This document shows positions 17,701-26,800 of a DNA stretch of 64,000 bases, piece after piece. The DNA is from Planctomycetota bacterium (lineage in GTDB: Bacteria; Planctomycetota; B15-G4): the NCBI GenBank assembly GCA_038212275.1, contig JBBQUR010000006.1:64001-128000 (forward strand). The letters run 5' to 3'. The position numbers and the translations under genes were made by a program. Under the pieces are notes generated by a model. That model saw nothing but the letters and a program-made list of their open reading frames with translations, made no database searches and was not told the DNA's origin. Numbering within the stretch: position 1 is the first letter of the stretch; each line of letters opens with the position of its first letter.

Positions 17701-19616
17701 TCCCGAGTACGCCACTGCAGTGCGTCTATCTCTTGGGGACACCCGATAATCCTAATTACTTTCTGGATGGTGGTGCTGAAGGTGATGGCGTATTCGTCGA
17801 CGCTGACCCTAGCAATGACTTCATTGGGGAGGGTGGTGAACTGCCGTTACTCATTGGTGGCCAAGGTGGTGGTGGCGGCGGAAGTCGTATTGACAGCAAT
17901 GGCCACGAAAACAACGCACTACTCTGGGCTGGCAATAACCTCGGGGATCCCATTCAGTTCCCGCCGCTCGCTCCTCCTTTTTACCCGAGTTTAGGCGGTG
18001 GGACGCTATTTTTCTCCCCGACTCTCTTTGATGCCAAGGGCGGCGGCGGTGGAGGCGGAGGCGGCAGCGTGATGATTCGGACGCTCGGCGCGATTCGGAT
18101 CTCGAGGTCGGGTCACATCAATGCATATGGCGGTGCTGGTGAGGGTGGAGAGGCTATCAAGAACAGTAATTATGCGGGCGGCGGAGGCGGCGGTAGTGGA
18201 GGGGCTGTGATTCTTCAAGCCGCCGGTGATATTCTCATAGAGGCCGATGCTAATCACAAGACACCATACTTTACGGATAAGTCGGGAGCCCAAGGCGCTT
18301 CCATAGACGTGTCCGGTGGGTACGGCAAGGATGCTGTCACTACGCCGATTGTGGATACCAGCAATAATAAGATCGCGAATGGCGATTGGGCGAGGAGTGA
18401 TGGCGGTCAAGGTGGTTTTGGTCTCATTCAGCTTCAGGCTGGTGGCGAGTCGACAAATCCGCTGGTTCAGCAAGGCGCTTTTCTATTCGCGCGGGTTCAC
18501 AATGTGTTGAAGCTAGGTACATGGACGGGCGACACGGGCAAGAGCAAAGAGCACCCATCCTGGAACGGTTCCGGAAATAACAAGCCTCCAGATATACTCC
18601 GCTATATTGATATTCTTGAGTATCGGTACTTCCTGCTTGAATCAGGAACCCTAGACCGGTCCTACTTTTCCTTGCTGAATGGCTCGGATCCGCCGATAAT
18701 TACACCCAGTGCGTCTGTCCCCGCCGATGTGTTTCAGCTGGATACGCCGATGATTACGCATTTTGGTCGCCGCGTTGTGAGGGAACGTGAGCCGGGGAAG
18801 ATCATGCAGTCGTATGCTGGCTGGGACCCAGTGACGTTCAAGGAAAATTTTGTGGGTACCGGTCTTCCGCCTGGGGTGCTGTATGACGCGAAGGACAGCA
18901 TTCCGATGAGCATATACCTCAAGGAGCCGGATGGCACGCCGTTGTTCCAAGTCGAGAATGGCGTTGTTACCCAAGAATTCGACCGATATCAGACAATTGA
19001 CAGGCTTCCGGTGGTCCCTGTGTCCAAGTCACCACCGCCGATTGGGACGGTGAGTCGCGGTACGAGTTTGTGGCTCGACTTCAATGGTGTGGCTCTCCGG
19101 TTTCGAAATTCTCAGGGATTGGCGCCTCCCCTGTTTGCGAGCGGAATCAATGGTACGTACAACGCGAAGCTTGGCGTGGTACCTCCGAGCAAGGACGGTC
19201 AGGTCATCACCGGTAGCGGTGTACTGAACAAGCCGGCGCACCACGTCACTAACACAGGTGCAATTCCGTTCTTTGATCCGGGGCTGTGCGTTGCTGGTCC
19301 CGGTCCGTATCCGGCCTTCAATGATATAAAGGTAGATGCGCCGGAAGTCCCGGAACTGGGGCTGGAAAATGCCATTAGCGATAACGCTACCGTGACTTTA
19401 CTATTCCAGGGCGCGTTTCCGATTCGAGCGGGTTCACATGTTCCTGATTCCACGACGCTGACCGGTTGGGTCTCGGACTTGCGCGAACTCTCCGGCTATC
19501 CGCTAATTCGTTTTCAGGTCGCATTTGACTTATCCGCCGACGTGAACAATTATCCGTTCGGGGTCGGAAGTTTTCGCCCGGCTGTGGATCGAGTCCGAAT
19601 CAGGACCAAGTACTGA
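14742..19616 (+). CDS. giant glycine-rich lipoprotein B with Ig-like domains, function unknown
   Basis: lipobox LLAGC+GGGGGS; ATGA overlap with lipoprotein A; Gly-rich core; DWDGDG Ca-binding-like motif. Confidence 0.85.
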   Translation: MIFSPHKSVHGHVLVSAIMVVALLAGCGGGGGSGTTVDPPSASKVAFTGFSFRIGSKAASSVPPFENTTAVPPSLGAPLDVTIIFEFTGAPQGPFTQANLPVYTTSAEVNPSAFPPLGQTVIAAKGKYVAVGSTVEFRPFVPTQPLQVKLSAPAAAVPGLLPASVYTAQVSSTNGEKLTNLLGAGGTVKFGTTSNPAAYYAVGSGDGKAPSLLASLPVDGTTGFYPGVFSNYAPGSSIASFPDGPKSITLSYDRAVLPTVENLNGKDWDGDGITDPSFFLRTRATSLLVGAMIPAFSSIGNTLAFPSISGLSPGSSVAVDGSDIVLHNSKGSGALAGANPALIALPGSLATGSDPSLLWVILKVGDGNDKLTVVDQILGDASYCQISSDAAIDTGLDDVVGLTTLQSGRLIAFDRTTRRIYELLANVTRHRPAGEPELASPTGDGMASFGFISEPFPNGVDILDLAQTPSGSVLALAENGSAFPVILHLLPIDPDLNGEFLPTDGNVDNSIPAILLGAAYASIECTSDSEFFALNRSSDSIDVLSATGSKLLTVVNGVAAYGINLASLPDGLSPACSLAIGFMEMDAGVTVQTNGSTGAILEIVPKGILPIGADVSVMQRNSFSALNGVSAANEDPSHPVSVLGSTRLLTVSTSAPSSTVGACTLPDPDSRVNDVYQEEFLDSKYEDTSPPTLSPQADWAKLITGSTPSGSLRALAGASDQSSLGDFQPAPFSDFDPSLAYPIGSATLAHFAYVFLDTDAQAFPLPNGATPGVTTSATIGGGKFTFRDFIIPEGVWVVARGSNPLQITATGMVEIRGVLDVSGTNGIGDETFDSGYIPVPGGAGGPGGGRGGNGHPTLFDPNGPGTLNQYVTPETGERGLGPVIGTGGGVVMASVGGHGGRSTLGADFSAPGGYPVVGNTTNNSEFTRPPGGGGGTFYFHGMYAHSGTGGYVVQSNSTWFPFSLCPINDKIRDALYGNDENRAQGLLPSTPLQCVYLLGTPDNPNYFLDGGAEGDGVFVDADPSNDFIGEGGELPLLIGGQGGGGGGSRIDSNGHENNALLWAGNNLGDPIQFPPLAPPFYPSLGGGTLFFSPTLFDAKGGGGGGGGGSVMIRTLGAIRISRSGHINAYGGAGEGGEAIKNSNYAGGGGGGSGGAVILQAAGDILIEADANHKTPYFTDKSGAQGASIDVSGGYGKDAVTTPIVDTSNNKIANGDWARSDGGQGGFGLIQLQAGGESTNPLVQQGAFLFARVHNVLKLGTWTGDTGKSKEHPSWNGSGNNKPPDILRYIDILEYRYFLLESGTLDRSYFSLLNGSDPPIITPSASVPADVFQLDTPMITHFGRRVVREREPGKIMQSYAGWDPVTFKENFVGTGLPPGVLYDAKDSIPMSIYLKEPDGTPLFQVENGVVTQEFDRYQTIDRLPVVPVSKSPPPIGTVSRGTSLWLDFNGVALRFRNSQGLAPPLFASGINGTYNAKLGVVPPSKDGQVITGSGVLNKPAHHVTNTGAIPFFDPGLCVAGPGPYPAFNDIKVDAPEVPELGLENAISDNATVTLLFQGAFPIRAGSHVPDSTTLTGWVSDLRELSGYPLIRFQVAFDLSADVNNYPFGVGSFRPAVDRVRIRTKY

Positions 19617-19626
19617 ACATCAAGAC

Positions 19627-20376
19627 GTGGGACACCGTGCTGCTTTTCTGTGTTGCTTCGTCTTGTCAGGTTGCTGCAGGGGTGCCTTGCCCGCTGAGCT
19701 CCTTCCGGATTCTGCGGGGGCGCGACCTCTGAATGGAGCAATTGTTGTCGCGCTCGATGGGAATATTGATCCTCTCTCCGTTACCTCGAGTTCCGTGCGT
19801 GTCGAGCGAATGGATGGAACCGAATTTCCGATCGCCATCAGGAGCGACTCTGGAACTGTCCGGATTCTGCTGGTTGTTACTGATGACTATTTCAGCCGAC
19901 ATGGTGGTGGTGTCTGGCTTGAAGTTGCCGGGTTTCCTTCGCCAAGCGCATTAGTAACTCTAGACGGTCGCTGCCTGCGTTCCACAGTTCGGCGTTGCAT
20001 CGTGTTGGAGCCACACCTCGGCGCGGGTTCTGCAGTCCCACCGATGGTAGTTTCAGTTAACGGGACTACTGATTGGAGCGATCCGGTCGTAGTTGCTGGA
20101 ACGAACGTTGTCCTGTCGTTCGATGGAGTTCTGGATCCGAACACAGTCACGTCGGTGTTCTGCCCGATCTATCCAGATGCTGGTGAACTTACTTTGATGG
20201 CGCCGCTGCTTCCCGCCGTGACGTGGGAATGCGTTGGTAGCCGATTTGATGTAATTCTTGTGATACCGCCAGCGTCGGGACTCTTGCATTTCATTCTCCG
20301 GCGGTGCGGATTTCGCGACTTGTCCGGCAGGCCTCCCGAACCCGCCAGTCTTTCCGTCAACTTGCTCTCCATGTAG
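19627..20376 (+). CDS. small putative lipoprotein with two Ig-like (Big_5-like) repeats
   Basis: LSGC lipobox-like; IVVALDGNIDPLSVT and VVLSFDGVLDPNTVT repeats. Confidence 0.6.
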   Translation: MGHRAAFLCCFVLSGCCRGALPAELLPDSAGARPLNGAIVVALDGNIDPLSVTSSSVRVERMDGTEFPIAIRSDSGTVRILLVVTDDYFSRHGGGVWLEVAGFPSPSALVTLDGRCLRSTVRRCIVLEPHLGAGSAVPPMVVSVNGTTDWSDPVVVAGTNVVLSFDGVLDPNTVTSVFCPIYPDAGELTLMAPLLPAVTWECVGSRFDVILVIPPASGLLHFILRRCGFRDLSGRPPEPASLSVNLLSM

Positions 20377-20402
20377 CATTGACTGGAACTTCGGTAAATC
20401 TG

Positions 20403-20430
20403 TTGGAATCCGTTGCGCGCATCATAGAAT
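20403..20430 (+). promoter_or_regulatory. promoter for a probably leaderless pilD mRNA
   Basis: TTGGAA-N16-TAGAAT, then 7 nt to ATG 20438, no SD. Confidence 0.45.
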
Positions 20431-20437
20431 CCCAGGC

Positions 20438-21331
20438 ATGAACCTCTACTTGAATGACTGGGCAGTGCATGCGCTCTCTGGCGCCTTCGGGCTTGTGGTC
20501 GGTAGCTTCGCAAATGTAGTGATTTTCCGCTCGCCGCGCGAGGGGTTATCCAGCTTTCGACCAGCTCGCTCATTCTGTCCAGCATGCCACGCACAGGTGA
20601 GCTTGTTTGACAACGTGCCGGTGGTCTCATGGCTTATGCTGAGGGCGCGATGCAGGAGTTGTAACGCGCCAATCAGCATGCGCTATCCTGCCGTAGAAAT
20701 ATTGATGGGTGCGATGTTCGTGGTTGCGAGCTTGGTCATTGCACCGTCTACTGCAGGCAGCTATGTGCGTCTCGCCGCCGCGTTCTATCTCGTCGCTACC
20801 TGCGTCATTGTCACATTGATTGATCTTGAGTATCTGATCATTCCGGACAGCATCACGTGGCCCGGGGTGTTTCTTGGCCTGGTTGCGTCAACCATATTTC
20901 CAAGCCTCCAAGTTGGTCATCCTGGATTCAAGTTGGAAAGCCCGCATAGTAGTGCGCTCATAGCCTCACTCTTCGGCATTATTGTGGGTGGTGGAGTGCT
21001 TATCCTTGTGGGACTCATCGGCAACGTCATGCTGAGACGGCGACTCAAGGAGGCAGGAGTGCAAGATGCGATGGGTTGGGGTGACATCAAGTGGATGGGA
21101 CTTGCGGGCGCGTTCCTTGGCGCATCATCGGTCGTGGGCGCAATCCTGATTGGTTGCTTCAGTGGTGCTGTTGCCGGATTGTTCATGAAGCTTCTAGCGA
21201 AGTTAAGGAATCAACCGCAACCAGTCGGGCTGCCGTTCGGCCCATTCCTGTCGGTTGGGATTCTTGTCGAGTTTGCGCGTCCTGGGCTTACATGGAGTGT
21301 GCTCGACATGCTCACGAGTACCGCTCGATGA
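20438..21331 (+). CDS. pilD: prepilin peptidase / N-methyltransferase (A24A)
   Basis: GSFANVVIFR, RSFCPAC and RARCRSC Zn motifs, IDLEYLIIPD, MGWGDIK, LPFGPFL. Confidence 0.96.
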   Translation: MNLYLNDWAVHALSGAFGLVVGSFANVVIFRSPREGLSSFRPARSFCPACHAQVSLFDNVPVVSWLMLRARCRSCNAPISMRYPAVEILMGAMFVVASLVIAPSTAGSYVRLAAAFYLVATCVIVTLIDLEYLIIPDSITWPGVFLGLVASTIFPSLQVGHPGFKLESPHSSALIASLFGIIVGGGVLILVGLIGNVMLRRRLKEAGVQDAMGWGDIKWMGLAGAFLGASSVVGAILIGCFSGAVAGLFMKLLAKLRNQPQPVGLPFGPFLSVGILVEFARPGLTWSVLDMLTSTAR

Positions 21332-21416
21332 TGGGCTGTGAGGCGCACGCGCATTTCACGACTCTTGCACTTTAGTCAGACCGAGTCGGTTCGAAATGGC
21401 GCGACTCCTCCTCGGT

Positions 21417-22307
21417 TCAGTTGTCGAGTCCGAATAGGGTGTGGGCGTTTGCTGTTGTTGTCGCTGCAAGTATTTCGTAGTTGAGTCCGCGGTCGTCGGC
21501 CAATCGCCTTGCGACATGACCGATGAAGGCCGGCTCATTTCGGCGACCTCGGACCGGTACTGGCGCAAGCCAAGGCGAATCTGTTTCCAAGAGCAAGCGA
21601 TGAATTGGAATATCTTTCACGGCATTTCGAAGCACGTTGTTAGGTCGAAAGGTTGCCGCACCGCCAACTCCAATGTGCAAGCCGGCGTCGATGATTGGTG
21701 AAACGTCAGACTGAGCACCTGTAAAACAATGCAGGACACCTCGAAGTGGAGTTCCGCGCCAAGCATCCAGCTCACGAGTCAGTCGTTCAAATGCGTTGCG
21801 ACAATGCAATATGACAGGTAGCTTGCGTTCGACGGCGGCGCCAAGGTGCCTCTGTAAGGAGAGGGCTTGATCGTCGAGTGAAGTGCCTTTGTGGAATGCG
21901 TCGAGGCCCGTCTCTCCAACGGCGACAAACCCACCCTCATCAAGTAGGGTCTCGATGTCCCTCCAGGCCGATTCATCAGTGATTGCAAACTCGGTCGGGT
22001 GTATTCCGGCCGTGGGGTATCCCCAGCCAGGAAGCCCTGTTGCGATGAGCTTTGCGGCTCGTGCGCTCTTGGGGTCGACCGCCACAACGATGCATCCGAC
22101 GACACGCGCCGCGCGCGCCCGGGCGACGACTTCCTCACGGTCCATATCGAATGCGCTGAATGCCAAGTGGCAATGGCTATCAAATAGGGAGGATATTGCC
22201 AAGTCCGGCTCAGGAATTGCGGTTGTAGAGGGATGGGGCAAGTCCGTCGCATCCGATCGGGTCGCGGCGTCAGGAATTATCATGTTTTGCCCCTCTACCG
22301 TGCTCAT
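21417..22307 (-). CDS. tatD: TatD family DNase/hydrolase (start uncertain)
   Basis: DSHCHL, AGIHP, VGETGLD, LHCR, GVLHCF, LETDSPWL, RNEP. Confidence 0.95.
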   Translation of the reverse strand: MSTVEGQNMIIPDAATRSDATDLPHPSTTAIPEPDLAISSLFDSHCHLAFSAFDMDREEVVARARAARVVGCIVVAVDPKSARAAKLIATGLPGWGYPTAGIHPTEFAITDESAWRDIETLLDEGGFVAVGETGLDAFHKGTSLDDQALSLQRHLGAAVERKLPVILHCRNAFERLTRELDAWRGTPLRGVLHCFTGAQSDVSPIIDAGLHIGVGGAATFRPNNVLRNAVKDIPIHRLLLETDSPWLAPVPVRGRRNEPAFIGHVARRLADDRGLNYEILAATTTANAHTLFGLDN

Positions 22308-22470
22308 CGCCGTGTCACGTCTCCCGTGGTTGCTGCGTCCTGAGAAGCATGCTGGGCACGCCTGTGGTCGGCATGGCATTCTATGGCGTCGTCCATGGCC
22401 GCTGCCGGGCCTGTCAAATTGCGGGCAGGACCGAACGAATCCTCGCATTTCCCTCGGGAAGTTGTCCCCG

Positions 22471-25400
22471 ATGCGTATGTCTTTCAGTTTTTTTCGTAGT
22501 TCCAGCTTTGCGTTGCTCTGCCTTCTGATCGGGGCATGTGGCGGTGGAACCGTTGCGAGCAGTTCCAGCGGTGGTGGCGGCAATGGTGCCGGGGGGGCGT
22601 TTTCCGTAACCGGCGGGCCTAACGGGGGGGGGATAGGTGGTCTCAACCTCCCGGTGAGCTTGGTGTTCAGCAAGGACATCAGTCCGGCGTCAGTCAACGC
22701 CGTGACCGTGCAGGTCGTCACGATCCTCGATCCAGCTGGTCAGGCAACAGCGCTTCCTGGAATTGTCGCTAGCGTGACATATTCAGTGACCGGCAACTTG
22801 CTCCGGTTGACACCCAGCGTGACTTTTGAGCCCTCCAAAGTAAGTTATGGATTTGTCGCAAACGCCCTCTACGAGATTGCCTTCAGCGACCCCAGCAACG
22901 GTGCTTCGGTTACCTCAAGTACCGGGCAGTCAATGGCCAACCCCGAGGCAACGTTCTTCTTTCGGACGCCATCCAAGGGCTTCGACTTGAATCCGGGTTA
23001 TCCAGCGGTTCGCGCCTTCTTCGTGGATGATCCGAGTTCAGTGTCGCTGCCTGCGGTGATCTTGGATATCAACGGCGATGGTTCCTTGCTTCTGGAGGTA
23101 CTCTCGTACTACGAGAACGAGGTCGAAGTCGTGGCGCTATCGTCGCCCCTCGAGGTGCCATCGGCGCCAGTACGGGACATTCTGTTCATATTCAATGACG
23201 CGGTCATTCCGAATACGGTACTCAACCCGATAGATGACAGCAGCCCGGCTATCGTTGTCTCGATCAACGCGGCTTCACTCCCGACTTATCTGCCGAAGGC
23301 CATTCCTGCCGAGTACTCATTCACCCATCAGCAGGCAGACCTCAGCATCATACGATGGCACCCGGCTGCGACGGCGTTTCCACCGGCGAGCTTCCTGTTC
23401 GTAGAAGTCGCCCCAACCGTGCAGGATCTGGCATGTAATACTAAGGCCGGACAGTCAGAGGTCGGCGTTCCCGATCTGCTGGCGACGATTCGGGTTTCCG
23501 ATGATCCGGACTTGGCCGTTTACACACTGACGGAACCCTTCGACGACGACTCGAACGAGGACCAGAACAATACGTCTGCCGCTTGGGCATCGGATTTTCC
23601 TGGCTTGCTTGGCCCGGTTCTTGGCGGAGGCACGGGTGCCGAGGGCCCACTGCTCATCGACTCAAATATCACCGTCTCTGATCCAGGACAGACGGTGGTT
23701 CCGATTGGCTCCGTGATTGATGTACCAGGCAAGCGTCTGTTGCTGCCAACGGTCGAGGCTGTGGCTGAGGGCGTCTTTGAGCCGCGAATCTATAACTTGT
23801 CCTCTTTTCTCCTTCCCGCCGGCTGGACCTTGGGGGTGCTCTTCGACCGTAACGGTGATGGAGTATTTGACCCCGATGAGTACCTAGTGCAGAGCATCGG
23901 GCATCCTCTGGATGGGATGGGCGCCCCATTGACCATTCGATGCGCCGGTAACCTGCAGTTGCTGGGCATCGTTGATGTACGTGGCGCCGATGCGCCTACT
24001 CTGGTCCGCCCGGAGAGCACCTTTGATGCTCTTTACTCCGGTTATATGGGGCAAGGTGCGCCATCGTTGGCAGCGCTGCAGGCGGGAGGCAGCGGGGGGC
24101 GTGGTGGTGATGTGTTGCTGCTGGGTAGCGGTGGTCTCAACCCCATTCCGTTGAAGTCACCATCCGCCGTTCCTGCCTACCAGTCGTCGGACGGCAAGTT
24201 GACAGGAGCGAGCGGTCGGAGCAGCTTGCTTACTGCAACGACGCTGCACGATTCGAATGCAAACTTCTTTGCGATCGACAATGTGCACGGTACAGGCGAT
24301 CCCGCGCTCGTATCTCTGGTAAATGCCGGTGAAATACTGCTTCAGCCGAATCTCGGCGTAGGCAGCTCTCTACTAGGCAACAGCGGAACGGCGAATCAGT
24401 CGATCGACGAAAATCATCCTACATTCGTCGTCGAATCAGTATCAACGGTCTCGGGACAAACGACATTCACTGTGCGCTCGGCGCCTGGAGACCCGACGCT
24501 CACGCAGGCTAGCAAGAACATCGGAATGTCCGCGATCGCAGCAGCTGGAGACTGCTACCTCGTAGGGCGCTTGCGCGGCGGTAATGGCGGTGACACGACT
24601 CCCATGGATCGAGGGGGTGTGGGTGCGGAGCCGTTCGTCGTCGTGAATGAGGGTGCCCTTGGAGTCAGCACGACGGGCGGTGGAGGCGGAGGTGGGGGCT
24701 CTATCCGTGAAGGTTCAACCGGTGAGAGTGACGGCCCTCCTAGTGACCCATTGGTCAACCAGCGGGGCCTCTCTGGTGGCGTCGCACTGGATGATTCTGC
24801 GGGCGCAAACGGCGGATTGGGGACGATCGAAGGCCTCGGTAAAATCATTAACAGCAGCCAACTCGACGTCGTGAGCCAGACTGGTGGTCGGCCACTCGCC
24901 GAATTGGCAGGAGGCGAACTCGTTGGCAGTTTGATTCTGCCGAACGTTTTGAACGATGGTTGGCTCTTCGAGATCGTGGCATTTGATGGATTCACGATTA
25001 CGGTTGAGCACATCCAGATTGATGCGATTGATGTCGGCCTGACCGACGATCCCGGCCTTATTCCTGGTTCCGACTATGCATTCCGAATTGTGCCATCGCT
25101 CGAGATCGGCGGCGCTGGCGGTGGTGGCTCCGGAGTTTGCGTGACTGGAACTGTCAATAACGTGGCGACAGTTCTGCCGACACTGGCGCCGGGGGCAGCT
25201 GGTGGCACTGGAGGCGGAAGCGTCCTGCTGGAAACAGCGCGTGACCTGCTCGTCGGTCCGACTGGCGGTGTGCTGGCGGACGGTGGCAAAGGCGGTCTGG
25301 TGTTCGATGTTCAGACTAAGTTTGCAGGCGGTGGTGGAGGGGGTGGAGGAAACGCTGTCATTCGCGCTGGCAGATCACTCCAGGTATTCCAGGGCGGACG

Positions 25401-26793
25401 AATCTCGGTAGAGGGTGGCTTGGGTGGTAGCCAGAGTGGCTTCGGGCGAGGCGGGTCGGGTGGTTCAGGCTACATCCGAATCGAGTCATTCGAAGACGAT
25501 ATTGCGCCCTCGAGCCTCGCAAACGTTACGTTCCCATCCGTCGATGAAAGCAATATGGGCCGCCTGATCGGCCTTCCTCAGGGTGTCGCCCAGAGTCTTT
25601 TCTATGAAGCTTCTACGCTGAATCCGGCGTGGCAAGGCGTCCACGTGAGCTATTTTGCGGACACAAACGCGGATGATATTCTGGAATCGCTCGCGTGGAG
25701 TTTCGATGGAACGGGCAGCGATGGAGGGACTGAGAAGTACATTGACCCCCCGTTCAGGATAAGGTTCAACACGGCCCCGTTCAGTGACGCCGGTTTCATT
25801 GATGAGACTCTCGTGAATAGTGAGTTCTATTCTCCGGCCGATCTGGTCTCGGCACGGACAGGATTGGCGTGGAACTCGGCGGCAAACGTGTTGCTCTTTT
25901 GCGTCGGTGAGGGCTGCACGCAGATCGATCGACTGGATCCGATCAGCCTGCTACCGGTCTCCACTGGAGTCCCAAACGTCCTCCTGCCCGTCATCCCTTC
26001 GGTGGGCTCTTCCAAGCTGAATGTCCTGTCGATGGCCGTGGATGCTTCACGGTCTGAAGTGTTTCTGCTTGAGCGTGCAACACGGAAGGTTCACGTCATC
26101 GATGCGAACACGGCGGAATTCAAGCGAACAATCACGCTACCTCGGGACCTTCAGGGGGCGATGACCTATTTGCCCGATCCACTGGATCTCCTCATTTTCG
26201 CCGACAATGCGAATGACCGCCTCGTGACATTCCTCCCCCGAAATTCTGCGGCTCCCAACCCGGCGACCACCGACTATTCGCCCTTGGTTCCGGTTTCGCA
26301 GTTCGATGTGAGTCGGGATGGAGTGTTGGTCGATATGGAGCTAGTTGGCATGGCGTATGACGAGATCTCGCAGCGGCTGTGGTGTTCAGACAGCATCGCC
26401 GGGTCGGTTTTCGAACTTAATTTTGCTGCGGGATTCGAAGGTACGTCTCTGATCGGAAGCGAACGATTCAGTGCGCTCACGTTTGGTGGCGACGGTGCCT
26501 TGCCATCTGCCATAGCGTTTCGGAGCGGGTCGTTGTTTCTTGTGCATGCTACCGATCCCCTGGACAGTCGGATTCAGTCGTTACCTCCGACAAGCGTCAG
26601 CCTGATCGGCGAGGATCTCGCCCTCACCGCATTCGGTGTGGTCTTGCCGGAGAGTCCGAGAGCAATCGGTGCTGGAGACGTGTTCATTCGATTCCGGGCA
26701 TCGATTGACGGCGCACATGATGCCGACGGCGTGTCGTTTCGTACGGTGCGTATCGACTCAATCGACATGCGCTACGTCAACGACTCGTTCTGA
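22471..26793 (+). CDS. giant glycine-rich lipoprotein C with Ig-like domains and beta-propeller-like segment
   Basis: MRMSF...LLIGAC+GGG lipobox; LVFSKDISPASV Ig-like motif; Gly-rich core homologous to lipoprotein B. The ORF-track start at 21883 is over-extended. Confidence 0.85.
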   Translation: MRMSFSFFRSSSFALLCLLIGACGGGTVASSSSGGGGNGAGGAFSVTGGPNGGGIGGLNLPVSLVFSKDISPASVNAVTVQVVTILDPAGQATALPGIVASVTYSVTGNLLRLTPSVTFEPSKVSYGFVANALYEIAFSDPSNGASVTSSTGQSMANPEATFFFRTPSKGFDLNPGYPAVRAFFVDDPSSVSLPAVILDINGDGSLLLEVLSYYENEVEVVALSSPLEVPSAPVRDILFIFNDAVIPNTVLNPIDDSSPAIVVSINAASLPTYLPKAIPAEYSFTHQQADLSIIRWHPAATAFPPASFLFVEVAPTVQDLACNTKAGQSEVGVPDLLATIRVSDDPDLAVYTLTEPFDDDSNEDQNNTSAAWASDFPGLLGPVLGGGTGAEGPLLIDSNITVSDPGQTVVPIGSVIDVPGKRLLLPTVEAVAEGVFEPRIYNLSSFLLPAGWTLGVLFDRNGDGVFDPDEYLVQSIGHPLDGMGAPLTIRCAGNLQLLGIVDVRGADAPTLVRPESTFDALYSGYMGQGAPSLAALQAGGSGGRGGDVLLLGSGGLNPIPLKSPSAVPAYQSSDGKLTGASGRSSLLTATTLHDSNANFFAIDNVHGTGDPALVSLVNAGEILLQPNLGVGSSLLGNSGTANQSIDENHPTFVVESVSTVSGQTTFTVRSAPGDPTLTQASKNIGMSAIAAAGDCYLVGRLRGGNGGDTTPMDRGGVGAEPFVVVNEGALGVSTTGGGGGGGGSIREGSTGESDGPPSDPLVNQRGLSGGVALDDSAGANGGLGTIEGLGKIINSSQLDVVSQTGGRPLAELAGGELVGSLILPNVLNDGWLFEIVAFDGFTITVEHIQIDAIDVGLTDDPGLIPGSDYAFRIVPSLEIGGAGGGGSGVCVTGTVNNVATVLPTLAPGAAGGTGGGSVLLETARDLLVGPTGGVLADGGKGGLVFDVQTKFAGGGGGGGGNAVIRAGRSLQVFQGGRISVEGGLGGSQSGFGRGGSGGSGYIRIESFEDDIAPSSLANVTFPSVDESNMGRLIGLPQGVAQSLFYEASTLNPAWQGVHVSYFADTNADDILESLAWSFDGTGSDGGTEKYIDPPFRIRFNTAPFSDAGFIDETLVNSEFYSPADLVSARTGLAWNSAANVLLFCVGEGCTQIDRLDPISLLPVSTGVPNVLLPVIPSVGSSKLNVLSMAVDASRSEVFLLERATRKVHVIDANTAEFKRTITLPRDLQGAMTYLPDPLDLLIFADNANDRLVTFLPRNSAAPNPATTDYSPLVPVSQFDVSRDGVLVDMELVGMAYDEISQRLWCSDSIAGSVFELNFAAGFEGTSLIGSERFSALTFGGDGALPSAIAFRSGSLFLVHATDPLDSRIQSLPPTSVSLIGEDLALTAFGVVLPESPRAIGAGDVFIRFRASIDGAHDADGVSFRTVRIDSIDMRYVNDSF

Positions 26794-26800
26794 GCCCGCA

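Noticed and set aside
21380..21410. GGTTCGAA T-loop-like string after pilD (and GGGTTTCGAGCCC near 29920)
   Set aside because: No cloverleaf, acceptor stem or anticodon arm could be built
21883..22721. Apparent long bidirectional overlap of tatD and giant lipoprotein C
   Set aside because: ORF-caller extensions; the plausible starts (22307 minus, 22471 plus) leave a normal divergent intergenic gap
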